A stretch of 64,000 nucleotides of DNA from a virus. Shown one piece after another: positions 39,939 through 49,949 of the stretch (its first letter is position 1; each line of letters starts with the position of its first letter). Below the pieces are notes generated by a model, which was given only the letters and a program-made list of their open reading frames with translations, did not search any database and was not told the DNA's origin. The DNA lies in IMG/VR virus record IMGVR_UViG_3300032241_002679, positions 32,001 to 96,000 of that record; one strand, written 5' to 3'. Made by a program: the position numbers and the translations under genes.

Positions 39939-40775
39939 ATGAATAAAAAGACAGGAGAAAGAAAAACAAGAACTAGAAAAACTAACGAATTATCAGCATC
40001 ATCAGAGACCCAAACAGAAATAAAGAACAAACCAGATATAAACGAAATCATTCACTTCTACGAGCCATTTAAATGTAAAAATAAGCCCCAAAAAGACCTT
40101 ATAAATCTAATCAATGAGAAAGATATTGTAATTGCTTCAGGCCCAGCAGGGGTTGGTAAATCGTATATAACGATAGCTAGAGCATTAGAGCTATTAAAAG
40201 CCACAAATACTCCATTTTCTAAAATAATTTTATCAAAACCAGCCGTAGAATCGGATGAACATCATGGTTTTTTACCAGGCAATATGAGAGAAAAAATGGA
40301 GCCATTTATTGCTTCTTCATTAGATATTTTTGACAAATTAATTGGAAGATCAAATAGACTTAGATTAGAAGAATTAGAATATCTAGAAATACAACCACTT
40401 GCTTATATAAGAGGTAAATCTATTGATAATACAATTTTAATAATGGAAGAAGCTCAGAATATGACACCAGTCCAAATGAAAAATTTATTAACTAGAATTG
40501 GTAACAATAGTAAATTTATTATTTCTGGAGATTTAGATCAATCCGATAGGTTTAAGAATGTTAAACATAGTGGTCTATATGACGCAATTCAAAAACATAG
40601 CAATATATCTGAGATTGGTTTTATAGAATTCGATGAATCTCAAATAGTAAGAAATCAAATAATTAGTAAAATATTAGCAAATTATAAAATACCAGAATAT
40701 AAGCCAGAATATAAACCAGAATATAAAAAAGAAAAAAAATCATTATTTAAAAAAATATTTAATTTTTTTAAATAA
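39939..40775 (+). CDS. phoH: PhoH-like ATPase
   Basis: GPAGVGKS, GFLPG, PLAYIRG, EEAQN, LTRIG, SGDLDQSD, IVRN. Confidence 0.92.
   Translation: MNKKTGERKTRTRKTNELSASSETQTEIKNKPDINEIIHFYEPFKCKNKPQKDLINLINEKDIVIASGPAGVGKSYITIARALELLKATNTPFSKIILSKPAVESDEHHGFLPGNMREKMEPFIASSLDIFDKLIGRSNRLRLEELEYLEIQPLAYIRGKSIDNTILIMEEAQNMTPVQMKNLLTRIGNNSKFIISGDLDQSDRFKNVKHSGLYDAIQKHSNISEIGFIEFDESQIVRNQIISKILANYKIPEYKPEYKPEYKKEKKSLFKKIFNFFK
40692..40727 (+). repeat. 12-nt tandem repeat x3 (PEYK)
   Basis: ccagaatataag ccagaatataaa ccagaatataaa. Confidence 0.85.
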
Positions 40776-40813
40776 AAACTTGACTTATAGTATTATCTAA
40801 TTATTTTAGATAC

Positions 40814-41413
40814 ATGTTTATAAATGTATCAATAAATGAAGTATTACGAGATTTTATCTCTCAATTAACATATGTCTATGACAAATATATAGGACCGTCT
40901 AATATAAAGGAAGGCGATGTTACTAATTTTGAATTAATGAATTTTTTCAAATTTGATAGCAAATTTGAAATGAGTAAATTCATTTACATGGAAGCACCAT
41001 TAGAAATTTTTGGACACGCTGATTTAATGTCTGATAATCTAATGAATCATTTTAATTATTTCATAGAAGAAATGAAGGATGAGGAAATAAATGTTAAATT
41101 AGTTAGCAGAGAAGTAAATAAAAGTATACCATCTACCCTTTTCTTCCTATCTAAAACGGGTTGCAGGGCTCAAGATATTCACTTCGTTGATGACTCAAAA
41201 AAAGAATGGGATAACGCTGATATATTAATCACAGCAAACCCAGATGCATTAATTAATAAACCAAATGGTAAAATATCGGTTAAAATAAAAGCTAGCTATA
41301 ATAAAGATATAGCAGCTGATTTTGAATTGGATTCAATTTTAGATTTTATTAAAGACGAAAATCTTAGAACTAAAATTTTAACTACAAAAATAACAACATA
41401 CGAAGAAATTTAA
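40814..41413 (+). CDS. HAD-fold 5'-nucleotidase-like protein with a degenerate motif I
   Basis: INVSINEVLRDF in place of xDxDGVL; ASYN near the C-terminus. Confidence 0.5.
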   Translation: MFINVSINEVLRDFISQLTYVYDKYIGPSNIKEGDVTNFELMNFFKFDSKFEMSKFIYMEAPLEIFGHADLMSDNLMNHFNYFIEEMKDEEINVKLVSREVNKSIPSTLFFLSKTGCRAQDIHFVDDSKKEWDNADILITANPDALINKPNGKISVKIKASYNKDIAADFELDSILDFIKDENLRTKILTTKITTYEEI

Positions 41414-41416
41414 ATT

Positions 41417-41773
41417 ATGCTAGAATTTGGAGACTCAATCTATTATATAGATTTAAAAGCTTTTGACAACGTACTTACAATTAATAAGGGTAGTGATGGT
41501 AAAACAACAAGGGATCAAGAAATGAAAATAGTATATGATGGTGGCGGAAATATAGTGAGCACTGAAACATATGAAAGAATATCCCCACAGCATAAAGAAA
41601 TTGATGCGGCAAAATATGATTTACTTAAAACATTTATTGAATATATTATTGATTATGAAGATGAAAGTGATGATACACTTGGTGCTGAAAGAGCATTAAA
41701 TTCAACTCCATTAGGTTATAAAATAGTATTTAATACTCTATATAAAGAAGGTATTATAAAAGAAAAAAAATAA
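41417..41773 (+). CDS. Hypothetical phage protein
   Basis: 118-aa ORF in the operon. Confidence 0.7.
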   Translation: MLEFGDSIYYIDLKAFDNVLTINKGSDGKTTRDQEMKIVYDGGGNIVSTETYERISPQHKEIDAAKYDLLKTFIEYIIDYEDESDDTLGAERALNSTPLGYKIVFNTLYKEGIIKEKK

Positions 41774-41795
41774 TAATGTCTAAAAAAAAATTAAT

Positions 41796-42914
41796 ATGGA
41801 CGAAAAACAACAAAAATTAGAACAAATAAAACAAGTTATTGAAAAATTAAAAACAAAAGATTTTAATTTTTATTTTTTCACTTTAGATACAAAGGGAAAT
41901 CCAAGCGCTGGTATAGCTAATATTTATGAACATGTAAAACTTCTAAATGAATTTGGCTATAAAGCATATATTATGCATGAAAAAGCTGATTATAAACTTA
42001 GAGGTGATGAAAATGGTATGGGCATTGCTGATTGGCTTGGGGAAGAATATGCAAGCCTTCCACACATAGCAATCGAAGGACAAAATTTAAATATTAGTCC
42101 AGCTGATTTTATTGTAATACCAGAAATTTTTTCTACAATAATGGATCAAATTAAAACATTTCCATGTAGAAAAATTGTAATGTGTCAGAATTATGATTAT
42201 TTGTTGGAATTATTGCCAATTGGAAAAAGATGGGATATTGATTATGGATTTACACATGTAATAACAACGACTGAAAAACAATCTCAGTATGTTAGAAATT
42301 TATTCCCTACAGTTAGAACACATGTCGTTCCAGTATCCATACCACAATACTTTTCTCCTAACACAAAACCCAAAAAACCAATTATAGCAATCTTAAGTAG
42401 AAATCAGACTGATACTGTTAAAATTGCAAAATCGTTCTATCTCCAATATCCAATTTATAAATGGATTACATTTAAGGAATTAAGAGGACTATCACGTAAA
42501 ACATTTGCTGATGAACTAAAAGACTGTTGTCTAGCTGTCTGGGTAGATGATAGTTCTGGATTTGGAACATTTCCTCTTGAAGCTATGGAATGTAACACAC
42601 CAGTAATCGGTAAAATTCCTAATCTAATTCCAGATTGGATGGAGACAAAAGATGAACATGGTAATCCCGCAATTAAAAATAATGGAGTATGGACAAATAC
42701 TACATTAAATATTCCTGAGTTAATAGCAACGTATATGAAAATATTTTTTGAAGACGCTCTTCCCAATGATCTATTGGAAAGTATGAAAGAAAGTACTGGT
42801 CATTATACAGCAGAACAACAAAAAATTGTTGCAAGCAATGTCTATGATATTTTAGTTCAAGAAAGAATAGGGGAATTTAATAACATCCTAGCTAACGAAA
42901 GAGTGGAAGCTTAA
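41796..42914 (+). CDS. GT-B glycosyltransferase
   Basis: IVIPE, SGFGTFPLEAMECNTPVIG. Confidence 0.8.
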   Translation: MDEKQQKLEQIKQVIEKLKTKDFNFYFFTLDTKGNPSAGIANIYEHVKLLNEFGYKAYIMHEKADYKLRGDENGMGIADWLGEEYASLPHIAIEGQNLNISPADFIVIPEIFSTIMDQIKTFPCRKIVMCQNYDYLLELLPIGKRWDIDYGFTHVITTTEKQSQYVRNLFPTVRTHVVPVSIPQYFSPNTKPKKPIIAILSRNQTDTVKIAKSFYLQYPIYKWITFKELRGLSRKTFADELKDCCLAVWVDDSSGFGTFPLEAMECNTPVIGKIPNLIPDWMETKDEHGNPAIKNNGVWTNTTLNIPELIATYMKIFFEDALPNDLLESMKESTGHYTAEQQKIVASNVYDILVQERIGEFNNILANERVEA

Positions 42915-42959
42915 TATAACAATAAGATACTCAAATAGAAGTATAAAAAAAAATAAATT

Positions 42960-43775
42960 ATGAAACAAACAGAAAATAAAAATTTAACGGACATTTCTGT
43001 CATACTTCCAGTACACGAAGTAGATGAAATAACAAAACAATTATTTCTAAATTCAGTAAAGAGTGTTGAGGGACAAAAAGTTAGACCAGATGAACTATTA
43101 ATTGTTGTTCCGACAAATAGTGAAGCTAGTAATTATGTAAAATCAGTAGATTACGGAGAAATAAAGGATATAGTTACTATACTAGAGAATGATGGTCCAA
43201 CGGATTTTGCTAGTCAGACAAATTTTGGTGTCAGTAATGCAAAATCAGAATGGGTATCTCTATTGGAATATGATGACGAATATGCTAATACATGGTTTAA
43301 AAATGTATTAGAATATCGTGAAGCCTATCCGAATGTAGGTTTATTTATGCCAATTATTGTTGACGTAGATTCTAAAGGCTTATTTGTTGGATTTACAAAT
43401 GAAGCTGTATGGGCAACTAGTTTTTCAGATGAAATTGGTATTTTAGATCTCAATGCATTATTGGCATATCAGAATTTTAATATTGATGGAATTGTGATTA
43501 AAAAATCATATTTTGATGAATATGGCGGTTTTAAGCCAAGCATTAAATTAACGTTTATTTATGAATTCTTGTTAAGAATGGCGTTTAAAGATGTAAGAAT
43601 TATGACGATTCCAAAATTTGGTTATAAACATATAAACCAAAGAGAAAATTCTTTATTCGCTAACTATAAGGATAGTATTAATCCAGTTGAAGCTAGATGG
43701 TGGCTTAGTCAAGCTAAGAAAGAATATTATTTTGACAAAGACAGAAAAATAACATATGATAAATCAATAGTCTAA
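42960..43775 (+). CDS. Glycosyltransferase family 2
   Basis: ISVILPV, NFGVSNAKSEWVSLLEYDD, YGGFK, YEFLLR. Confidence 0.85.
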   Translation: MKQTENKNLTDISVILPVHEVDEITKQLFLNSVKSVEGQKVRPDELLIVVPTNSEASNYVKSVDYGEIKDIVTILENDGPTDFASQTNFGVSNAKSEWVSLLEYDDEYANTWFKNVLEYREAYPNVGLFMPIIVDVDSKGLFVGFTNEAVWATSFSDEIGILDLNALLAYQNFNIDGIVIKKSYFDEYGGFKPSIKLTFIYEFLLRMAFKDVRIMTIPKFGYKHINQRENSLFANYKDSINPVEARWWLSQAKKEYYFDKDRKITYDKSIV

Positions 43776-44501
43776 ATGGTTAATAAAAGGGGACGCAAAA
43801 GAAAGAATGAAATTTATTTTGGTCCAGATGAGGAGAAAGCCGTTAATGACTATTTAGCTTCAAGTGATGACAAAGAAAGAAACTTAATTTATAATCAATG
43901 GCTCAAAGATCCATTGGACAAAATGATAGAATCTATTATCAGAAGATATAAATTATATAGAAAGGGTGAAACGTTTGAAGATTTGCATACGGACACTCTT
44001 TCTTTTCTTATGACTAAAGCTCATAAATTTGAAAATGCAAGAGGTAAAAAAGCTTATTCTTATTATGGAACAATTTGTAAACATTATATTTTAGGTCTTT
44101 TAATAAAAGATGAAAAATATACTAGACAAACAGCTTCTTATGAAGATATTTCATCTAATATTGAAGAACGAAAAGATTTAAGTTATGTAATTGATGAAGA
44201 TGAATTTTCAATGGATGCATTTTTGTCTGAATTAATTGATGGTATCAAAAAAGAAATGGACGAAGATACTGTATCAAAAAAAAGGTTGACTGATAACGAA
44301 AAAAAAGTTGGCTATGCATTAATTGAAATATTAGAGAATTGGGAAAAAGCCTTTGATACAATGCGAGGCGGTTCAAAATATAATAAAAACTCAATTCTTG
44401 AGACAATGAGAAATTATACAAATCTATCCACTAAAGATATAAGACTCGCTATGAGAAGATTTAAAGAATTATACGAGTTATTAAAAAACAACAATTTATA
44501 A
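43776..44501 (+). CDS. Phage sigma factor (gp55-like, region 2)
   Basis: RNLIYNQWL...KMIESIIRRY...EDL...KFENARGKKAYSYYGTICKHY resembles sigma region 2 of T4-like late sigma factors. Confidence 0.65.
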   Translation: MVNKRGRKRKNEIYFGPDEEKAVNDYLASSDDKERNLIYNQWLKDPLDKMIESIIRRYKLYRKGETFEDLHTDTLSFLMTKAHKFENARGKKAYSYYGTICKHYILGLLIKDEKYTRQTASYEDISSNIEERKDLSYVIDEDEFSMDAFLSELIDGIKKEMDEDTVSKKRLTDNEKKVGYALIEILENWEKAFDTMRGGSKYNKNSILETMRNYTNLSTKDIRLAMRRFKELYELLKNNNL

Positions 44502-44548
44502 GCCTAAAAAAAACATTTTTTTAGGTATTTATATATAAACTATATTAT

Positions 44549-44932
44549 ATGCCTAGAAAAAAGAAACAGGATATTAAAATTAATAATTTAGCTAGTTTAG
44601 AAGGTCTATGTCAAGAAACATACAACGATGCTTGTTTGCAAATTATTGACGCTCAAATTAGTATAAATGAATTAAAGGTTAATTCCAATCCAGTTGATGT
44701 TGATGATTTAACAAAAATTGCTAAAGAAAAAGGTGGGTTATTGAAAGTTAAAGATTCCGCAATTAGAATTAAGTTGGAATTGGCAAAACTTCAGTCTGAA
44801 ATTATTAAAAATCAAGGTAATATCGAAGCTGCTGTACAAGAAAGAGGTCATGGACAAGCTTCATTAAATGATTTTAAGAGTATAAGAGAAATGCTTAAAA
44901 AAGACAATGACTTAAACACTGATTTTGAATAA
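44549..44932 (+). CDS. Hypothetical coiled-coil protein
   Basis: 127 aa, downstream of a hairpin and the TATTTAT motif at 44526. Confidence 0.7.
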   Translation: MPRKKKQDIKINNLASLEGLCQETYNDACLQIIDAQISINELKVNSNPVDVDDLTKIAKEKGGLLKVKDSAIRIKLELAKLQSEIIKNQGNIEAAVQERGHGQASLNDFKSIREMLKKDNDLNTDFE

Positions 44933-44934
44933 CT

Positions 44935-46377
44935 ATGGGAGTTTTAGATCAAAAACAACAAATATTTGGCAACATTGCAGCTGCTAGATCTTTAACTGAG
45001 GGACTTCCTACGTTAAATGCAAACTCCTCATTTCCATCAATAAATAATGATGGGGATTCAATTAGTTTTTTAACTGATTTAATAAAAGCTCTAGTCGGAT
45101 TTCAAGAATTACAAAAGACAATAGAAACTATTATTAGTACAAATTTAATAGAAATTGAAAGAGAAATTAAAATTGCTTTAAAATCACAACTTAAATCAAT
45201 TGTAAGTTGCAATGTCAATCCTTCCATACCAGATTGGTTAAAATATGGTAATGTAGGTGCTAAATTTAAAGTATCTCAAGTTGATTTTGTAAATTTAATG
45301 TTTGTTAACCCAACTTCAGATGCTGGCAAATTATTATATAATAATATTAAATCAAATTTAATAGATAGTACTGATTTTAATACATTTTTGTATCAAACCA
45401 TTCAAAATAATGGTACTGTAGAAGGATGGGGACATCAAACTATGGGCGATGATATTTTAAATTTTAAATATACAGCTAAAGATATAAGTAATACAGATCC
45501 AAACAATACTATAACTGTCAATGCTAGTAAGTATTATACCAATAATAAAACATTAACAGATTTAAATAATGATTATATTGATAGTGTAAATTTATTAAAT
45601 GCGCCAAAACTAATCACTAATTTAATTGATAATATTTTTGGCACCGTCTCAAGTACTCTTAATAAATCTCTTACACAATTAAATAAAGAAGCTCAAATAA
45701 CAACAGTTGTAAATAATCTTACAAAAGCAAAATCAAACGATGTTATAAATAGTAGTTATTTTCAATTTAATAGTAGTCAAATCAGTGCTCAGGAGGCAAA
45801 TGCATTACAGAGAAGAAACGGACAATCATTAGTAACTACTAGTAGTCAAATACAGACAAGCGTACCGTTTAGTTCTCTACAGACAATGAATACAAATGTA
45901 AGTAGTGCTACTAATCCTCTAGAAACAAGAAACGCTGTTTCATCATCATTAAATAGTATTGGAAATGATTTAGGTTCTTTAGCAACTAACCCAATTGATG
46001 CAAATACTATTAAATTAAATTTTATTCAATCATTAATTGATAATTTAATTAAATGCATTGTAGATACAATCTTATCCCCAAAAATTGTATCACTTTTTTT
46101 ATTAAATTATAAAATTATAAATGGACCAACAGCAACATTTACTGATGTTATTGATTTTATGGAAAAAAATAAAAATTTATTATATAATGTTATAAAGGGT
46201 ATTTCAGCTTCAATAATTAAAGTATTATTAAAATTTGCTTTAGGGGAAATTGGAAAATTGGTTACTGCATCTGTGGGGAAAAAATCATTAGATAAAAATA
46301 ATTTATATATAGCACAATTATTAACATTAGTTGGTGTTCCGCCAAGTATTATACAATTAATAAATAAACTAGTATGA
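44935..46377 (+). CDS. Putative virion (baseplate/tail) protein
   Basis: 480 aa, N/S/T-rich, in an operon with the gp5-like gene. Confidence 0.55.
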   Translation: MGVLDQKQQIFGNIAAARSLTEGLPTLNANSSFPSINNDGDSISFLTDLIKALVGFQELQKTIETIISTNLIEIEREIKIALKSQLKSIVSCNVNPSIPDWLKYGNVGAKFKVSQVDFVNLMFVNPTSDAGKLLYNNIKSNLIDSTDFNTFLYQTIQNNGTVEGWGHQTMGDDILNFKYTAKDISNTDPNNTITVNASKYYTNNKTLTDLNNDYIDSVNLLNAPKLITNLIDNIFGTVSSTLNKSLTQLNKEAQITTVVNNLTKAKSNDVINSSYFQFNSSQISAQEANALQRRNGQSLVTTSSQIQTSVPFSSLQTMNTNVSSATNPLETRNAVSSSLNSIGNDLGSLATNPIDANTIKLNFIQSLIDNLIKCIVDTILSPKIVSLFLLNYKIINGPTATFTDVIDFMEKNKNLLYNVIKGISASIIKVLLKFALGEIGKLVTASVGKKSLDKNNLYIAQLLTLVGVPPSIIQLINKLV

Positions 46378-46823
46378 GTGATGTAAATACAGGAATGCAA
46401 TCGCAAACTCCTACAAATAATTTTGATTTTAGTTCCATTAGTGATGTATTAAATGTCGTTAGTTCTTCATTTAGTATATCAGATACCCCTATAACACCTC
46501 TTCCACCACCACTTATATTAATTGGTGGTGTACTTAGAACTGGGTTGAGTGCTGATGAAATAGCATCAAATATTATATCAAGACAATCAGAAGCTGGATT
46601 AATTGTTGGGGATGCATTTGCTGATGGAAAAAATTCATTAGAACAAATGGAATTGATAAGAATTCAAGAAATAATAAAGGCACTAATGCTTAATGCTAAA
46701 ATAGAAGTTGTAATCCCACCAGGTGTTTCTGTTACATCCGTTGGTATAGGTAATTTAGGGGCACCAGTATTATCATTAGGTTATACAACAACTATTGGTT
46801 CTGGATATGGTGTAATACGTTAA
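46374..46823 (+). CDS. Putative baseplate-associated protein
   Basis: 149 aa with C-terminal VVIPPGVSVTSVGIGNLGAPV; operon context. Confidence 0.55.
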   Translation: MSDVNTGMQSQTPTNNFDFSSISDVLNVVSSSFSISDTPITPLPPPLILIGGVLRTGLSADEIASNIISRQSEAGLIVGDAFADGKNSLEQMELIRIQEIIKALMLNAKIEVVIPPGVSVTSVGIGNLGAPVLSLGYTTTIGSGYGVIR

Positions 46824-46833
46824 ATTTTTTAAT

Positions 46834-47013
46834 ATGACAGTAAATTTTGAGGAAATGTCTAATAATGAAATACTCTTTCATATAAAACAATTAGAAGCTG
46901 ATCATGAGGCTATAAAAATTAAAATGCTTAGGGATTATGATAAAATGATTGAATTAGAAAATGAATTTGATAAAGCAAATAAAATTTTATTAAAAAGATT
47001 AAAAGGCGAATAA
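46834..47013 (+). CDS. Small coiled-coil protein (59 aa, not in the ORF track)
   Basis: MTVNFEEMSNNEILFHIKQLEADHEAIKIKMLRDYDKMIELENEFDKANKILLKRLKGE fills the gap and ends 1 nt before the next ATG. Confidence 0.75.
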   Translation: MTVNFEEMSNNEILFHIKQLEADHEAIKIKMLRDYDKMIELENEFDKANKILLKRLKGE

Positions 47014-47014
47014 C

Positions 47015-47992
47015 ATGGCTGGTGGAGAATATAAATATATATTTGGACAGAATAAATTAGTTCCTAATGAAGAAGCTCTTAAAAGGGTTCAAATTGGTAT
47101 TGTGGCTAGCGTTGATGATCCAAATTCATTGGGGAGAATAAAAGCAGTTATCCAAGGACCAGCACAAAAAGGAGGTGATGACGGATTATCATTAGATGAA
47201 TTAGCTTGGTGTTATCCAATGGTACCAAAATTTTTCTTATCAACACCAAAAGTCGGTGAGGCTGTATTTATCTTTATTCTTAATGATAAAAAAACACATG
47301 CTGATAGATTATATCTCGGCCCAATAATTTCTCAGTTAAATAAGTTAGATTATGACTCAATTAATTCAACAGCCCTAAGCTCATTTAGTTTTGCTCTATT
47401 AAATCCAACATCTAATTTTGATACAATACCAGCATTAAAAGGTGTATTTCCATTAGTTGATGATATTTCAATCCAAGGTAGATATAACACAGATATTATA
47501 CTGAGAGAAAATGAAATATTAATAAGAGCTGGTAAATTTGTTGAAAGTACGCCAACACAGACTAATCCATATAATTTTCAATTTAATAATACCACACAGG
47601 GTTATTTTCACATAAAAAATAATGTATACCTTGAAGCACAGAGTAAATCAGATACAAGAGCAAAGGGTAGTGTCGCTAATATTATAGCAAACAAAATAAA
47701 TTTAATATCTCTTAATGGTACGCCACAATTTAATGTTTTACAACAAGACGGACAAATAAATGATGATGAAATATTAAATATAATTCAAAAAGCCCATCCA
47801 GTTCCATTTGGTGATTTACTTGTAGAATATCTTAAACTATTTAAAAAAGCATTTTTAAACCACGTACATAATGCATATGGTCAAGCACCACCCACAGATC
47901 TCACAAGTGGAACTTTAAATGTCACTGATTTTAGAAATAAATCCGATGATTTAGAAGCTAGAATGTTATCCAAAAATATTAATATTAACTAA
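47015..47992 (+). CDS. Baseplate hub/spike protein with a gp5/gpV N-terminal OB fold
   Basis: GIVASVDDPNSLGRIKA...LAWCYP...PKVGEAVFI; C-terminal NHVH. Confidence 0.8.
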   Translation: MAGGEYKYIFGQNKLVPNEEALKRVQIGIVASVDDPNSLGRIKAVIQGPAQKGGDDGLSLDELAWCYPMVPKFFLSTPKVGEAVFIFILNDKKTHADRLYLGPIISQLNKLDYDSINSTALSSFSFALLNPTSNFDTIPALKGVFPLVDDISIQGRYNTDIILRENEILIRAGKFVESTPTQTNPYNFQFNNTTQGYFHIKNNVYLEAQSKSDTRAKGSVANIIANKINLISLNGTPQFNVLQQDGQINDDEILNIIQKAHPVPFGDLLVEYLKLFKKAFLNHVHNAYGQAPPTDLTSGTLNVTDFRNKSDDLEARMLSKNININ

Positions 47993-48019
47993 TATTGTGA
48001 TATTTATTATAAAAAGATA

Positions 48020-49435
48020 ATGGTATTAAGAACCTTTTTTGATAAAACTAACACTATTGTTTATAATGATTACACCAATACTGGTAGAAACCCAATTGCT
48101 CAATTATTCTATGGTGGCTCAGATGGACTAAATACATATAGCCGTCTGTTATTTCATTTTGATGAATCTAGATTAATTAATTACTATACTGGTGGCACTT
48201 TTACAGATTTAAATAAAGTAAAACATATACTTAAATTAACAAATACTAGTTCGTTTGATAAATCATTATTAAATACTTCATACGATGGTATATATAATAG
48301 AAGCTCATCATTTGATTTAATTGTTTTCCCAGTTAATCAAATCTGGGACGAAGGTGTTGGTTATGATTATACAAATGGTTCAAATTTAATAAATGGAGAT
48401 TTGGCTGTTTCTACATTGCCATCTAACTGGTTTTATTCACAGAGTGGTATATATTGGGATAATGGTGGTGGTACTTTTTCAGGATCACCATCAGAAATGA
48501 TCATAGCGACACAACATTTCGATGCTGGTAATGAAAATATGGAAGTTGATGTAACTGATTTTGTGAATGGTATATTAACTGGTAATACAAATTATGGAAT
48601 GGGTATAGCATATTCTTATGCATTTGAACAAACAAGTACGCCACAAATACAGTATGTAGGATTTTTTACAAGACATACTCAAACTGCTTATGAGCCATAT
48701 ATAGAAACAAGATATGAAAACTATATTCAAGACGATAGAAATAACTTCTTTCTAGATAAGATTAACAAATTGTATTTATACGTTAATTTGGCTGGAAATC
48801 CGACCAATTTAGATACACTACCTACTGTTACAGTATATGATAATTATGGTGGCATATTTTCAGCCTATACAAGCTCTGACGTAAATCATATAACTAAAGG
48901 CGTTTATAGTATAGATTTACTCATACCAACAAATACATCATTTAGCGATGGTATGCTATTAAATGATGTATGGGGTAATATTCTTATTAATGGTATATCA
49001 AGACCAGATATAAAACTTAGCTTTGAATTAATGGATAGTTGGAAATACTATAATCTAGGTAGTAGCGATTCATTACCAAAACAAGTAGCTGTAACCGTAT
49101 CTGGAATATATGCAAATGAAAAAATTAAACGTGGTGATATTAGAAAAGTAATTGTATCAACAAGAATACCATATACCGTTAATCAGACCCAAGTAATAAC
49201 TGGATTAAAATATAGACTATACGTAACAGAAGGACAAAATGAATTAACTATTGTTGATTATGAACAAATAGAAATGACTAGCAATAGTAATTACTTTTTA
49301 ATAGATACACAGAGTTTATTACCAAATACTTATTATGTAGATATAAAAGTAGAATCTAATTTAGAAATTATTACATTAAGTAATGTATTAAATTTTGATA
49401 TAACAAGTCAATCAACATGGAGAATTAGCCAATAA
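48020..49435 (+). CDS. Putative virion structural protein
   Basis: 471 aa, beta-rich; SRLLFHFD, WDEGVG, FFTRHT...PYIE; TATTTAT motif upstream. Confidence 0.6.
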   Translation: MVLRTFFDKTNTIVYNDYTNTGRNPIAQLFYGGSDGLNTYSRLLFHFDESRLINYYTGGTFTDLNKVKHILKLTNTSSFDKSLLNTSYDGIYNRSSSFDLIVFPVNQIWDEGVGYDYTNGSNLINGDLAVSTLPSNWFYSQSGIYWDNGGGTFSGSPSEMIIATQHFDAGNENMEVDVTDFVNGILTGNTNYGMGIAYSYAFEQTSTPQIQYVGFFTRHTQTAYEPYIETRYENYIQDDRNNFFLDKINKLYLYVNLAGNPTNLDTLPTVTVYDNYGGIFSAYTSSDVNHITKGVYSIDLLIPTNTSFSDGMLLNDVWGNILINGISRPDIKLSFELMDSWKYYNLGSSDSLPKQVAVTVSGIYANEKIKRGDIRKVIVSTRIPYTVNQTQVITGLKYRLYVTEGQNELTIVDYEQIEMTSNSNYFLIDTQSLLPNTYYVDIKVESNLEIITLSNVLNFDITSQSTWRISQ

Positions 49436-49800
49436 TGAAAACATTTTTTAAAATATTATTATCCGATAGTAATAAAATATCTATGAAAAGATTCATAGGA
49501 TTATTATGTCTTATTATGTTTATAGCCTATGGAATTGTTGGTCTATATAAACCATTTAACCAAAGTTTCTGGATATTCTATGTAAGTCTATGTACCATAA
49601 CCATTTGGATCGCATTTAAATTTATGACATCCGATAAAATTCTTAAATATGATGTAATTGGTAAACTTACAAAATTTAATAATATTAAAAATGCTGTTGA
49701 AAATTTTACAGAAGAAGAAAATGAATTAGATGATAATATTCAACCAAATAATACAGCCTCAGGATCTACTTCAAATACAACATCCGCTCCAATGGAATAA
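49435..49800 (+). CDS. Small two-TM membrane protein (holin-like candidate)
   Basis: ISMKRFIGLLCLIMFIAYGIVGL and FWIFYVSLCTITIWIAF hydrophobic segments. Confidence 0.5.
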   Translation: MKTFFKILLSDSNKISMKRFIGLLCLIMFIAYGIVGLYKPFNQSFWIFYVSLCTITIWIAFKFMTSDKILKYDVIGKLTKFNNIKNAVENFTEEENELDDNIQPNNTASGSTSNTTSAPME

Positions 49801-49814
49801 TTTTTAAAAATTAC

Positions 49815-49842
49815 TTGACTATTTAATAATTATTATTATATT
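49815..49842 (+). promoter_or_regulatory. Host-type promoter TTGACT-N16-TATATT
   Basis: ttgact at 49815-49820 and tatatt at 49837-49842. Confidence 0.5.
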
Positions 49843-49860
49843 TTATTTACGTTAACTCAA

Positions 49861-49918
49861 GTATTGGAACCCAGAATTAAATGTCTGTTGAGTCATTAAA
49901 TGACAAAGGTTTTAGTAC
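49861..49918 (+). ncRNA. Putative structured 5' leader (three-way junction)
   Basis: gtattggaacc/ggttttagtac (11 bp including G-U pairs) encloses caga..tctg and gtcat..atgac hairpins, both containing attaaatg. Confidence 0.5.
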
Positions 49919-49949
49919 ATAATAACAAAAAAATTAAAAGTTAATTATT

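Noticed and set aside
49885-49912. Hammerhead ribozyme (ctgttga-stem-caaa resembles CUGAUGA...CGAAA)
   Set aside because: Core A6 and G12 are missing, and there is no stem I or UH cleavage site.
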